Of a DNA stretch of 64,000 nt, positions 23,503-33,771 are shown in pieces. Location of the stretch: contig OZ244653.1 of assembly GCA_965218795.1 (NCBI GenBank), positions 3,456,001-3,520,000 of the forward strand. The letters run 5' to 3'. The translations under genes were made by a program, and so were the position numbers. Under the pieces are notes generated by a model. That model had not been told where the DNA came from, searched no databases, and worked only from the letters and a program-made list of their open reading frames with translations. The DNA comes from a bacterium. GTDB taxonomy: Bacteria > UBA8248 > JACPRG01 > G963555815. Position 1 is the first letter of the stretch; the number at the start of each line of letters is the position of its first letter.

Positions 23503-26028
23503 ATGGCGGAGATTCAGGAGACCCGGATTCCCGTTGCGATCGAAGAGGAGATGAAGTCCTCTTTTATGGACTACGCGATGAGCGTCATCGTCGCGCGGGC
23601 CCTGCCGGATGTTCGCGATGGCCTGAAACCGGTCCATCGGCGAATCCTCGTCACATTGAATGATCTCAACCTCCGCCCCGGGCGGCCTTACCGGAAGTGC
23701 GCCAAAATCGCCGGCGATGTCAGCGGAAACTATCACCCCCACGGCGAGGCCATCGTCTACCCGTCGCTGGTCCGCATGGCTCAGGATTTCTCACTCAGGT
23801 ACCCGCTTGTCGAGGGCCAGGGCAACTTCGGGTCCGTGGACGGGGATCCCCCGGCCGCCATGCGTTACACCGAGTCGCGGATGACGGCTCTCACCGAAGA
23901 GATGCTCCGCGATATTGACAGCGATACGGTCGATTTCGCGCCCAACTACGATGAGACCCTCCGGGAGCCGACGGTTCTTCCGTCGGCCATTCCCAATCTG
24001 GTCATCAACGGCTCGGATGGGATCGCGGTCGGCATGGCCACGAAGATCCCGCCGCACAACCTTGGCGAGATCGTCGACGGGCTTGCGGCGATGCTGGACG
24101 AACCCGACATTCCGGAGGAAAAGCTGCTCGAGCTGATTCCCGGACCCGATTTCCCGACCGGCGGGATCATCAACGGGCGGAAGGGGATCCGGGATGCCTA
24201 TCTGACCGGCCGGGGCCTGATTCAGGTCCGGGCGGAAGCGCGCGTCGAGATCACCAAGCGCATGGGCCGCGAGATCGAATCCATCGTTGTCACGGAGATT
24301 CCCTATCAGGTCAACAAGGCCAAACTCATCGAGAAAATCGCCCAGCTTGTCCGCGACAAGCAGATTGAGGGCATCGCCGATCTGCGGGATGAGTCCGACC
24401 GGGACGGCATGCGAATCGTCATCGAGCTCCGGCAGGGCAGAGTTTCGGACTACATCCTGAACCAGCTGTATAAGCAGACGCCCATGCAGGGGACCTTCGG
24501 GGTCATCATGCTGGCCCTGGTCAGCAACCAGCCGCGGATTCTCCCCCTGAAGTCGATGCTGGAGTTCTTTATCCAGCACCGTCGCGAGGTCGTTGTCCGG
24601 CGGACCCGCTATGACTTGGGGAAGGCCCGCGAGCGCGCCCATATTCTCGAAGGCCTGCTGATCGCGCTGAAGAACATCGATGCGGTCATCAAGCTGATCC
24701 GCGCATCCAAAACGCCCGAGGACGCCCGTAACGGCCTGATGGCCAAATTGAAGGTGACCCATACCCAGGCCCAGGCCATCTTGGATATGCGGCTTCAGCG
24801 CCTCGTTGCGCTGGAGCGGGAGAAAATTCAGGACGAGCACAAGGAACTGCAGAAGAGGATCGCCTACCTGGAGTCCGTCCTTGCGGATGAGAAGCTCGTG
24901 ATCGGGATCATCAGAGACGAGCTGCTGGAGATCAGAAAGAAGTACGCGGATGAGCGGCGGACCCGGATCATCGACGCCACCAGCGAGATCACGCTGGAAG
25001 ACATGCTGATCGAAGAGGACATGGTGGTCACCGTCAGCCAGGACGGCTATATCAAACGGACTGCGGTGTCCCTGTATCGGAGCCAGCGGCGCGGCGGAAT
25101 GGGCGTAAACGGCATGCAGACCCGCCCGGAAGATGCCGTCGAGTCGATCTTCGTGGCGTCCACTCATGATTACATGCTCTTTTTCACATCCCGCGGACGC
25201 CTCCATTGGCTGAAGGTTCACCAACTCCCGCCCGCCGGACGAGACGGCCGCGGCAAGGCCCTCGTCAATCTTCTCCAGCTGAAGGATGGTGAAACCGTTT
25301 CGGGAGCCTTGTCCGTCCGGGAATTCTTGGACGGCAAGTTTGTCCTGATGGTGACCCGCAAGGGGGTAGTGAAGAAAACGGCGCTGCCGCTGTTCGGCAA
25401 CCCGAGGGTCGGAGGGATCATTGCGATCAATCTGGACGATGGCGATGAGCTGGTGCGGGCGCGGATCACCGACGGCTCCCGCCAGATCTTCATCGCCACG
25501 CGGCAAGGCAAGGCCATACGGTTTGAAGAAAGCCAAGTGCGCGCGATGGGCCGAAACGCGGCCGGCGTCAGGGGGATCACCCTGGCCCAGGGCGACGACG
25601 TTGTCGGCGCGGAGGTCGTGACGCCGGAGAGCGTCATCCTCTCCGTCACGGAAAAAGGGTACGGCAAGCGGACCGCCCTGAAGGATTACCGTCTGACGGC
25701 AAGAGGCGGAAAGGGCGTAATCAATCTGAAGATCACCGAGAAGAACGGACCCGTGGTCGCGATCCGGCAGGTGTACGATACCGACGGATACCTGCTGATC
25801 ACGAGCGGAGGCAAAATCATTCGCGGGCGCGTCGAGAAGGTCTCCGTCATCGGCCGCGCCACGCAGGGTGTCCGCCTGATCAACCTGGCGGATGAGGACG
25901 TGCTGGTCTCCATCGCCCGGATCGAGGAAAGGGACGCCCTCGAAGGAGCGGATCTCACGAATGGGGCGGGATCCAACGGCTCCGGCCAACCCGAACCTTC
26001 GGATGGAGCGGACGGAGCCTCCGGATAA
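23503..26028 (+). CDS. gyrA: DNA gyrase subunit A
   Basis: [21 protein letters not shown], GyrA-box variant QRRGGMG. Confidence 0.98.
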   Translation: MAEIQETRIPVAIEEEMKSSFMDYAMSVIVARALPDVRDGLKPVHRRILVTLNDLNLRPGRPYRKCAKIAGDVSGNYHPHGEAIVYPSLVRMAQDFSLRYPLVEGQGNFGSVDGDPPAAMRYTESRMTALTEEMLRDIDSDTVDFAPNYDETLREPTVLPSAIPNLVINGSDGIAVGMATKIPPHNLGEIVDGLAAMLDEPDIPEEKLLELIPGPDFPTGGIINGRKGIRDAYLTGRGLIQVRAEARVEITKRMGREIESIVVTEIPYQVNKAKLIEKIAQLVRDKQIEGIADLRDESDRDGMRIVIELRQGRVSDYILNQLYKQTPMQGTFGVIMLALVSNQPRILPLKSMLEFFIQHRREVVVRRTRYDLGKARERAHILEGLLIALKNIDAVIKLIRASKTPEDARNGLMAKLKVTHTQAQAILDMRLQRLVALEREKIQDEHKELQKRIAYLESVLADEKLVIGIIRDELLEIRKKYADERRTRIIDATSEITLEDMLIEEDMVVTVSQDGYIKRTAVSLYRSQRRGGMGVNGMQTRPEDAVESIFVASTHDYMLFFTSRGRLHWLKVHQLPPAGRDGRGKALVNLLQLKDGETVSGALSVREFLDGKFVLMVTRKGVVKKTALPLFGNPRVGGIIAINLDDGDELVRARITDGSRQIFIATRQGKAIRFEESQVRAMGRNAAGVRGITLAQGDDVVGAEVVTPESVILSVTEKGYGKRTALKDYRLTARGGKGVINLKITEKNGPVVAIRQVYDTDGYLLITSGGKIIRGRVEKVSVIGRATQGVRLINLADEDVLVSIARIEERDALEGADLTNGAGSNGSGQPEPSDGADGASG

Positions 26029-26049
26029 AATCCGGAAGACCCGAGTGAA

Positions 26050-26145
26050 TTATTTCCATACCACGGGGTCCAGACCGCCCAGCATCCATAAGGCCAGAAG
26101 GCCGACGGCGACAGCGTAAAGCAGGAAGAGCTTCAGTCTTTTCAT
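26050..26145 (-). CDS. Putative 31-aa single-TM small protein
   Basis: MKRLKLFLLYAVAVGLLALWMLGGLDPVVWK*. In-frame ATG also at 26169; no clear SD. Confidence 0.4.
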   Translation of the reverse strand: MKRLKLFLLYAVAVGLLALWMLGGLDPVVWK

Positions 26146-26268
26146 GGAATCGCGTGAGGACAGACCCATTCCGGCGGAAAGAGAAGGGCGCGTTGCAAAC
26201 CAGCCGGAGAATTTTTCAACCGCGTTCATGGTAGCATTCGGGTCTCAGACGCGCAATGAAGGGGGCGT

Positions 26269-28050
26269 ATGCTCGACATTCGAAGGATCAGAGAGGAGAG
26301 CGAGAGCCTCCGGGAAGCCTTGGCCCGCCGGGGCGGCGCGCCCGACTTTGCGCCGATTCTGGAACGGGATACCCGCCGCCGGGCGGTGATCGCCGAGCTT
26401 CAGGCGCATCGCTCCAGACAGAAGGACCTTTCCAGGCAGATCGGAGACTTGAAACGGGAAGGGCGGGATGCCGAGCCGCTCATGGCCCAGGTGCGCGGCA
26501 TGGGCGACCGGATCGCTCCCCTGGAAAGGCAGGTCCGCGAAGAGGCGGAAGCCGTCCGGGGGATGATGCTGGATGTTCCCAACACCCCCCACCCGTCGGT
26601 TCCGGACGGCCGGGATGAGCGCTCCAACAGGGAGGTTCGGCGTTGGGGGTCTTCCCGCGCGTTCAACTTCCAGGCCCGCGATCACCTCGCTGTCGGCGAA
26701 AGCCTCGGCATCATCGATCTGCAGCGGGCGGCAAAGATTGCGGGCGCCCGCTTTCCCCTCATGATGGGCGCGGGCGCCGCGCTGGAGCGGGCCCTGCTGA
26801 ACTTCATGCTGGATCTCCATACCCGCCGGCACGGATATTACGAAGTTCTTCCGCCCTTCCTGGTCAACGCCGAGTCCGCGATCGGCACGGGTCAGCTCCC
26901 GAAATTCGAGGCGGATCTCTTTAAGACCGGAGAAGACGAACTTTACTTGACGCCGACGGCGGAGGTTCCCCTGGCCAACATCCACCGGGATGAAACCCTC
27001 CCCGAGCGGCTGCTCCCCGTCAAATTCACGGCCTTCACGCCCTGCTTCCGCCGGGAGGCGGGCTCGTATGGAAAAGAGACGCGCGGCCTGATCCGCCAGC
27101 ATCAGTTCGGCAAGGTCGAGCTGGTCAAGTTTACGTCCGCGGAAACGTCTTACGATGAGCTGGAGAGCCTCACGGCGGATGCCGAGGAGATCCTCCAGCG
27201 TCTGGAAATCCCGTACCGGGTAGTGGTTTTGTGCGCGGGGGACCTCGGTTTCAGCGCAGCGAAGACGTATGACATCGAGGTCTGGCTTCCTGCCAGGCAG
27301 GGCTACCTTGAAATTTCATCGTGCAGCAACTTCGAGGACTTCCAGGCCCGTCGGATCGGCGTCCGCTACCGCACCCAGGACGGCCGGACGAACTTCGCCC
27401 ACACGCTGAACGGCTCGGGGCTCGCCATTGGCCGGACGATCGTCGCTATCCTGGAGAACTTCCAGCAGCAGGACGGATCCGTCGAGATCCCCATGGTGCT
27501 TCGCCCATATATGGGCGGAATGGAAACCATCACGCGCGCCCGGGGACCTTGGATGACGAAGGGCGGAGCCCAGCCCTTGGTCAAGGTCTCGGAAGAGGCC
27601 GACAAAGAGCCGGGGAGCCAAGAGTCCTCCGGGGACGAAGAGGTCTCAGGGAGCAAGGAGGCCCCGGGAGGCGAAGAGGGCCGCGGGCGCCGCGGCAGGG
27701 GCCGAAGAGGGCGAAATCGGAAGGGCCGCGGCGGCCAGCGGGGCGACGGACAAGGGCAGGGCGAGCGCCGGGATTCGGGCGGACAGACCGGCGGCGAGCG
27801 CGGCCCCGAGGGCAATCAGGGAGAGGGCCGGCAACCCCAGGGCCATCGATCTGAAGGCGGCCGGCCCGGGCGCCAACGGCCCGCAGGCTCGCAGTCTGAG
27901 CCTCAACGATCCGGGGGCAGGCCGGAGCCGCGGTCAACCGAGTCGAAAGCGGCTTCCGACGGAGAATCGCCGTCCGGTCCCGGGGCGGAACGATCTCCGG
28001 GGTCCGGCCAGGAGGCCGGCCGGGTGGACAATCCCTCGCCCGGCCGCTAA
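26269..28050 (+). CDS. serS: Seryl-tRNA synthetase with ~165-aa disordered C-terminal extension
   Basis: PTAEVPL, FRREAGS, RQHQFGKVEL, EISSCSN, HTLNGSGLA; the core ends near PYMGG (~27520). Confidence 0.97.
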   Translation: MLDIRRIREESESLREALARRGGAPDFAPILERDTRRRAVIAELQAHRSRQKDLSRQIGDLKREGRDAEPLMAQVRGMGDRIAPLERQVREEAEAVRGMMLDVPNTPHPSVPDGRDERSNREVRRWGSSRAFNFQARDHLAVGESLGIIDLQRAAKIAGARFPLMMGAGAALERALLNFMLDLHTRRHGYYEVLPPFLVNAESAIGTGQLPKFEADLFKTGEDELYLTPTAEVPLANIHRDETLPERLLPVKFTAFTPCFRREAGSYGKETRGLIRQHQFGKVELVKFTSAETSYDELESLTADAEEILQRLEIPYRVVVLCAGDLGFSAAKTYDIEVWLPARQGYLEISSCSNFEDFQARRIGVRYRTQDGRTNFAHTLNGSGLAIGRTIVAILENFQQQDGSVEIPMVLRPYMGGMETITRARGPWMTKGGAQPLVKVSEEADKEPGSQESSGDEEVSGSKEAPGGEEGRGRRGRGRRGRNRKGRGGQRGDGQGQGERRDSGGQTGGERGPEGNQGEGRQPQGHRSEGGRPGRQRPAGSQSEPQRSGGRPEPRSTESKAASDGESPSGPGAERSPGSGQEAGRVDNPSPGR

Positions 28051-28109
28051 TTTTGGATAAGGCTTTCAACCCATCCAGGCGGAACGGCATGACCGCGAGG
28101 CCTTCCGGC

Positions 28110-28201
28110 GGAGGGATGGCCGAGTGGTTGAAGGCGGCGGTCTTGAAAACCGTTAGGGGCCGAAAGGTCTCTCGGGGGTTCGAATCCCTCTCCCTCCGCC
28201 A
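28110..28201 (+). tRNA. tRNA-Ser(TGA)
   Basis: Acceptor stem GGAGGGA/TCCCTCC, anticodon arm GCGGT-CTTGAAA-ACCGT, long variable arm, GGTTCGAATCC, encoded CCA. Confidence 0.96.
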
Positions 28202-28348
28202 TGGCTCTTGGAGCGTTCCCGGAAAACATTCGCGCGTGATAACATTGGGCGATGGTTCTCGAAAAGGGGACGTTCGACTCGGGGATGATACGCTTGACTG
28301 GCCGGGGGGCCGGATTGAGCCTGTCCCCCGAAGGATTTCGCCGGGGAG

Positions 28349-28375
28349 TGGATTCCTGCTTGCGCAGGAATGACG
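28349..28375. repeat. CGTC-type REP-like palindrome (further copies 29921-29946, 30022-30047, 34074-34099)
   Basis: TGGATTCCTGCTTGCGCAGGAATGACG; family consensus GTCATTCCnGCnnnnGCnGGAATCCA. Confidence 0.8.
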
Positions 28376-28414
28376 AACAAGACCCTAAGGGCTACGAGGC
28401 CGCCCGGTTCGAAT

Positions 28415-28694
28415 GTAGGGGCGGGGGGGCCGGCCTCCGTACCCGCCCTTCAATGGCCGTCCTGCCCGGCCGAGCCTTGGCCTGCTCGCGGCGTTGGGCG
28501 GGTCCACTGCGCCACGGGTCTGCCGGCGCGGAACATGAACATGGGCAGTCCATCCGCTTTTTTGAGCGGAGAGGTGGCCGAGCGGCTGAAGGCGCTCGCC
28601 TGCTAAGCGAGTAGGGGGGGAAACCTCCCTCGAGGGTTCGAATCCCTCCCTCTCCGCCATGGCTTTTGGGGCGGGTACGGAGCCCCGCCCCTAC
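28415..28694. repeat. Inverted pair of GTAG-type REPs (28415-28449 and 28668-28694) enclosing tRNA-Ser(GCT)
   Basis: Both read GTAGGGGCGGGG...CTCCGTACCCGCCC, on opposite strands. Confidence 0.75.
28568..28659 (+). tRNA. tRNA-Ser(GCT)
   Basis: Anticodon arm CTCGC-CTGCTAA-GCGAG, long variable arm, T-loop, CCA. Confidence 0.96.
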
Positions 28695-28746
28695 ACTGGT
28701 TCGCTTGCAGCGATGAGACGGAAATCCGCCCCTTTGTTCTCAACGG

Positions 28747-29766
28747 TCAGGATCGGGTTTCCTGATCGGGGCAATCGGCGCGATGGTGCGCCGCGAGCGA
28801 GGCGCACATCTCGGCCAGCCGCCGGCGAAGGCCGGCCGGTCCCTCGACCGTAACGCTCCCTCCCCATGTCACGAGGTGCCAGAACATTTCCTCGATCCCG
28901 CCGGCCTTGAAGCGCACCGTCAGCGAACCGTCGCCGTTCTCCACGACGGTCTGGCCGGGATGGAACTGAAACGCCCTCGCATCCGGCGCCGCGCAGGTGT
29001 CGAAACGCAGCGCCACCTCGACCGGCTCCTCCTGGAAGGTGCCGAACGAACGCTCGGCGTAGCCCTGCAAGTCGAACGCCGGATCGCGCTCGAACGCTTC
29101 ATCGGCGATCCGGGCCTTGCTCACGTTCGCAAGCCGCCAAAGCCTCGTATCGTTCGCCCAGTCGGTCCGCCCCACCAGGAACGCGCGGTTGCCGTAGAGC
29201 ACCCCGTAGGGCTGGACGCGCTGGCGGCTCCGCTGTCCCGTCGACCGGGAGAGATAGTCGAACTCGATCGTGCGGCGCGCCTTGATGGCGTCGCGCACGA
29301 GCGGGAGCAGGCCCTCTTCGAGGTTTTGTTTCGGTCCGGGCCGCATCGCGAGCCCTTCCGCCTCCATGTGCGCCTCCAGAGCGGATTCGAATTCTTCGGG
29401 GGAGTGACCGCGCGATACGGCACGCAGCTTGGCGGCAAGCTCGCGGAGCCCGCCGGCGCGCTCGGCGAGGCCGGCGCGGTCCAGGCTCCCGGCCGCGGCT
29501 TCGAGTTCCGCCAACTCCTCGGGCGAGACGCGGATGAATTGGAGCAAGTCGGGCGACTGAAGCCGCCAGTGTTTTCGCCGGTCGCCGGTGTCCGCGTCCA
29601 CGGTTTCCAGCGGCCCGAATGCCTCCTCGACGGCATCGCGCATCCGCTCCGCCGTGCGCCGGCTGACGTTGAACTCGTCTTCTATGTCGGCGATGGTCAG
29701 GCCGCCCCGCACCCCCTGGAGGCGAATGGCCAGGCGCAAAAGGTTCTCAAGCCGCTCAAACCGCAT
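28747..29766 (-). CDS. HTH-WYL-WCX transcriptional regulator (PafC/DriD/YafY-like)
   Basis: wHTH (EFNVSRRTAERMRD), WYL domain (FDYLS..VQPYGV..AFLVG..RLWRLANV), WCX tail (LVTWGGSVTVEGP). Confidence 0.9.
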   Translation of the reverse strand: MRFERLENLLRLAIRLQGVRGGLTIADIEDEFNVSRRTAERMRDAVEEAFGPLETVDADTGDRRKHWRLQSPDLLQFIRVSPEELAELEAAAGSLDRAGLAERAGGLRELAAKLRAVSRGHSPEEFESALEAHMEAEGLAMRPGPKQNLEEGLLPLVRDAIKARRTIEFDYLSRSTGQRSRQRVQPYGVLYGNRAFLVGRTDWANDTRLWRLANVSKARIADEAFERDPAFDLQGYAERSFGTFQEEPVEVALRFDTCAAPDARAFQFHPGQTVVENGDGSLTVRFKAGGIEEMFWHLVTWGGSVTVEGPAGLRRRLAEMCASLAAHHRADCPDQETRS

Positions 29767-29843
29767 TCCGCTGCCTCCTCACAGAGCGGCCCGCCCCCCG
29801 CGGTCATCCCGCGAATGTCGGAGGACAACGTCGACCGCCGGAA

Positions 29844-29943
29844 GGTATTGCGTCACTCGAATGAGTCGAAGGACGGCAAAGTCCCGCTCCCGCGTTGCTC
29901 GGAATGTATTCGTCGAGAAATGGATTCCCGCGCAAGCGGGAAT
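29844..29943 (+). repeat. ~100-bp direct repeat, copy 1 (copy 2 at 33997-34096)
   Basis: GGTATTGCG..CTCGAATGAGTCGAAGGACGGCAAAGTC..CTCGGAATGTATTCGTCG.GAAATGGATT; 5 mismatches in the first ~83 bp. Confidence 0.92.
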
Positions 29944-30123
29944 CCAGGAAAAGGACCGCTTGACGAGGCGTCCCCAAACCACGCCCCCCCCGGCCCGTCC
30001 TTCCCGCGGGACCCCCGGTTTGTCATTCCCGCGGATGCGGGAATCCATTACGTTGCCCAGGGCCTCGGTCAGTTGCACGGCTCCCCCCTCTCTGTCCCCC
30101 GACTGAGACATTCGAGGGCAGGC

Positions 30124-30186
30124 ATCCGGGGGTTCTCCTCCCTCTTTGCGAGACATCATTCGTTCGGGAAGATACCTGGTCGTACA
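30124..30186 (-). mobile_element. Probable IS481-family end relic, homologous to 44283-44345
   Basis: Minus strand TGTACGACCAGGTATCTTCCCGAAC...GAACCCCCGGAT aligns with the left part of the IS481 relic at 44.3 kb and begins with TGT. Confidence 0.5.
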
Positions 30187-30187
30187 G

Positions 30188-31465
30188 CTAAAGCGTTTCT
30201 CCCCACGTTGCGAGGGCGCGCGCAAGCAAATCAAGGATTTTTTTCTCGAGCTCTCCGCTCTGCTCCAACCTGATCACTTCCTCGAGATCCCACTCATGAT
30301 AGATTTTGAACCCTGGGATGACGTTGATGTGATCCCGGTTCGTCTCAAGGAACTCAGCTTCGATCCCTTTCTTCTCCGAACTGATCAAGCCATCATTTAC
30401 CCACGAATCGAGTAGAGGCAGCAGTGTGGCGGGATTTGCTGGCTTGTGTTGCTTGGCTAACCCATCCGAGGCCAGGTCGAAGTACGCTTCGTTTTCTAGT
30501 TCTGTGTCGGCCCAGACCAACTTCTTACCCATGTAGGCAAAATGGAGATCTGGTACGATTTCCCATCCGTCCGCTGTAAGATTCAGAAACCTCTTCTTGT
30601 CAACTTTGTAGAAGTCTCTGGCTTGGGTGACGCTGCATCCCGGCCACAGAGCCATCTGGAGTTTCGGTTTCGATGTGTGATTTTTAATTATAAAGGCAAC
30701 TCTCTCAGCGATTTTCCCCGGACGATAGAGGTACCACCAGCCGCGATCTGTACCTGTATCGTACCAACATTCCAGATCGTCCTTGTCTCCCTTTAGCTCA
30801 TTTACCAGAAGGTTTGTCCGCTTCTTTAGTGCTTTAGGCCTGTTACCGCAGAGAGCGAATTTGCGGTAGGGGGTCAGCATAGGATGCTCCTTTTCCACAA
30901 GTGACAGGAAATCGTAGACGATCTCGCGGCTTCCGAAGGGCGCGACGCTGGAATCGGCGTACCTGAGCATACCTTCCAGGACTTCCGCCCACTCCAGGCA
31001 GATCGCCGACTCATGGAGCTTGACATCTTGGATGTCATCCGCCGGCAATGAATTCTTGCTCGGCGACAACTGTTCTTTCCGCACGCCGCCATGTTGGAGC
31101 TTGTTTTCGATTATCAACGTCAATCTGTTTGGGTATTCGACGACTCCGTCGTATCTGGCCTTACGGTCCGACCACTTCACCTCCACCGGCTTCTTAAGAT
31201 CCTCATCGGTGAGAAGGACCGAGATAAGAAGAGGCGGGGGTATTGCTATCCACTCAGTCTGTGTTGAAACGACTGCTGGCTCCCAGGTGACGCCGTTGTT
31301 CGAATTCTCCAGGGGGGCGCACCCCGCCTTCGCCAACACCATTTCACGCAAGAAGTTTTGAAGGCTCGAATCATACTTCAGGATCGAGAGGAACGCCCAG
31401 GTCAAGCGATCTTCGTGCTTGTTTGACTTCGGATAGAATGGATTGAACAGATTTACGCGGCCCAT
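30188..31465 (-). CDS. Putative PD-(D/E)xK-superfamily nuclease with unknown C-terminal domain
   Basis: HEDRLTWAF helix, RYDGVVE..IIENKL..EQL motif, visibly lower GC than its neighbours, SD AGGAG. Confidence 0.6.
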   Translation of the reverse strand: MGRVNLFNPFYPKSNKHEDRLTWAFLSILKYDSSLQNFLREMVLAKAGCAPLENSNNGVTWEPAVVSTQTEWIAIPPPLLISVLLTDEDLKKPVEVKWSDRKARYDGVVEYPNRLTLIIENKLQHGGVRKEQLSPSKNSLPADDIQDVKLHESAICLEWAEVLEGMLRYADSSVAPFGSREIVYDFLSLVEKEHPMLTPYRKFALCGNRPKALKKRTNLLVNELKGDKDDLECWYDTGTDRGWWYLYRPGKIAERVAFIIKNHTSKPKLQMALWPGCSVTQARDFYKVDKKRFLNLTADGWEIVPDLHFAYMGKKLVWADTELENEAYFDLASDGLAKQHKPANPATLLPLLDSWVNDGLISSEKKGIEAEFLETNRDHINVIPGFKIYHEWDLEEVIRLEQSGELEKKILDLLARALATWGETL

Positions 31466-31771
31466 TGGTCGTTCTCCTGTGAAGTTCTTGGTGTACAGAT
31501 AGAGTATTCACCTGACAGTCTGCGCTCCTGTTAGGGGTGGGTGGTTCAGGCGGCTTTTTTCATTTTTTCCTCCTTCGGTCTCTTGGGTTTTGGTAGGCAT
31601 CGGACGAAGACCTCTGCGGGTGTCCTTCCCCGCATGCCGCGGTCCTGCGTGGGGCCGTTTGGTCTTATAGATGTCGAGATACTTGCCCCCCAAAATGTAA
31701 AGCGTCACCGACGGTCAGATTTCTCGGTCTTTTCCAAAAAATATTTAAAACTTGTTTCACTCTGGTCGAGC

Positions 31772-33771
31772 TCACCTCCGAAAGCCCGCCGGCCCTGGAC
31801 GGTCCGGCTTGGCTTCGCATTCGGCGCGCAGCATTTTGGAGAGCGCCTGCGGGTCTTGCAGGCAGTCGAGGATCTCGGCTTTCCGGCGCACGACGGCGAA
31901 GTCGCCCGGGGTCAGGCCGGCAAGGCCCGCGACCGCGGCCGGGGGCGCAAGCGCGAAATAGGCCCGGAACGCCGCCGTCGCCTGTTCGGGGGAAAGGTAA
32001 TCGAACGCGATCTTGAAGGTGAAGCGACGCAGCGTTGCCGTGTCGAGACGTTCCCCGAAGTTGGTCGTGCAGGCGAAGGGCAGGGGGTGGCTTTCCATCC
32101 AGGTCAGCATTTCGTTGACCTGGCTGACCTCCCAGTTTCTCACGGCGAAGCGGCGGTCGGCGAGCAGGGAGTCGGCTTCGTCGAAGACCAGGAAAGCCTC
32201 CGCGTCGCGCGCCTCGGCGAAGGCCGCGGCGATCTCCTTTTCGGTCTCTCCGACAAACATCGACATCAGATCGGACGCCCGCTTTTGCATGGCCTCGAGG
32301 CCGAGCCGTTCGGCCAGGTGACGGACGAACGCGCTCTTCCCCGTGCCGGGCGGCCCTTGCAGGCAAAGCGAGAACCGCCGCGGGCCGCTTCCCGCGAGAC
32401 GGTCCGCGAGCGCGATCGGATCGACGTCGGCCCGGATCAGCGCGGGATCGAACCTCTCCGGCGTCCGTTGACGCGGCGGCGTCACGTCGGACTCCGCGCG
32501 GCGAGGGCGCGCGCTTCTTCTTCGTCCGCTTCGATGCCGTGATGCGCAAGCAGACGCGCCCAGATTCGCGTTCGGACCCGGGGCGGCGGCTGGCGCAGCT
32601 CCAGGGTGAACATCATGCGGCGCAGAAGGGCGGGGCAAGTCTGTCGGACGGCGTTCGAGGTCCACAGCGTGGGCACCGGAGCTTGTTCGAGAAGCCGGTT
32701 CATGAACACCTTCGAGCCTTCGGCCCGGCGTCCGGAGGATCGGAGCGGACCGAAAAACGCCGCCAGGCCGCCGCCCCCGTCGGAAAGCAGGTCTTCCATC
32801 TCGTCGAAAAGCAGGAGAGATCGGCGGCCCGGAGCCGTCAGGCGCTGGGCGAGCCGGAGTTCCTGAAGCCTCTCGCAGCGGGACGGCTCGCCGCCGTCGC
32901 TGTCCGATTCGCCGACGCTGTAGAGCGGCGCTCCCAGCCGGGCGGCCAGGGTCTTGCAGAACTCGGTCTTGCCGGTCCCCGGAGGTCCGTACACGAGGAC
33001 GTTCACGCCCGATTCGCCGGTTCGCAGAGCCCCTTTCAGTATCCGTTCGATGTGATCGCGGTCGTCGGCTATGTGGTCGAAATCCGACCAGTCGAGCTCG
33101 CCCGGACGCGCCTCGTCGAGCAGCAGGCGCTGCGCGTCCGAACCGGCGAGATCCGAAAGCGAGACCAGCCGATCCACCCGGCCGATGAGCGTCAGGTAAC
33201 CGTCGTCGTTGGATACGAGCCCCGATTTCACGAGCGGCGCGTCGGGCGCGAATCGGCTGAGGAGCGCGTTTTCCGATACGCCGAGGAAGCAGGACATCGC
33301 CGGGCTCCTGTCGTTGAGCAAAGCCCTCCGTAACGGATGACCGAATATGCTGTCCGCCATCGACTCGATGATCGGCAGCGTGCGGTAGCGCAGCATGAAC
33401 TCCAGGATCGCCGTATCCGTTCGAGAGAGACGCATCGCCTTTCCGAGATGCCGGAGCCGCCGCGCCGTCCGGTCCGGCCGCGCCCGCATTGCCGCCGTGT
33501 ATTCGTTCCCAAGGGCTTCTCCCAGACGCCGCCATTCCGGCGCGGGGACTCCCCTTTTGGGCCGTTCGTCTCCGAGCGCCGGCAGGTCTTCGAACGCCAG
33601 CTCGCTATTGGCCTCGTCGACCCAGCCCGCCAATTCTCCCGCCACCCGAGAACGGTGACGAAGGCGCGAGGCGGCGTTTGACAGGTAGAAGAGGGCGAGA
33701 CGGCGTTCGTAGGGGGCGAGCATGGCGTACTCCGTGTCCGTGGCTTGCATGAGTAAAGATAGGAAGGCCAT
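31772..33771 (-). pseudogene. Tandem (double) AAA+ ATPase, frameshifted near 32490
   Basis: ORF 32482..33771 carries AAA1 (YGPPGTGKT, LLLFDEMED). The frame of ORF 31772..33535 continues with AAA2 (QGPPGTGKS, FLVFDEADS, CTTN, TLRRF). Confidence 0.85.

Noticed and set aside
28110-28201. tRNA with TGA read as a selenocysteine or suppressor tRNA
   Set aside because: Anticodon UGA decodes UCA (Ser). tRNA-Sec would have anticodon UCA and a longer acceptor stem.
28255-28420. GTTCGA T-loop-like motifs suggesting extra tRNA fragments
   Set aside because: Flanking bases do not form T-stems or acceptor stems.
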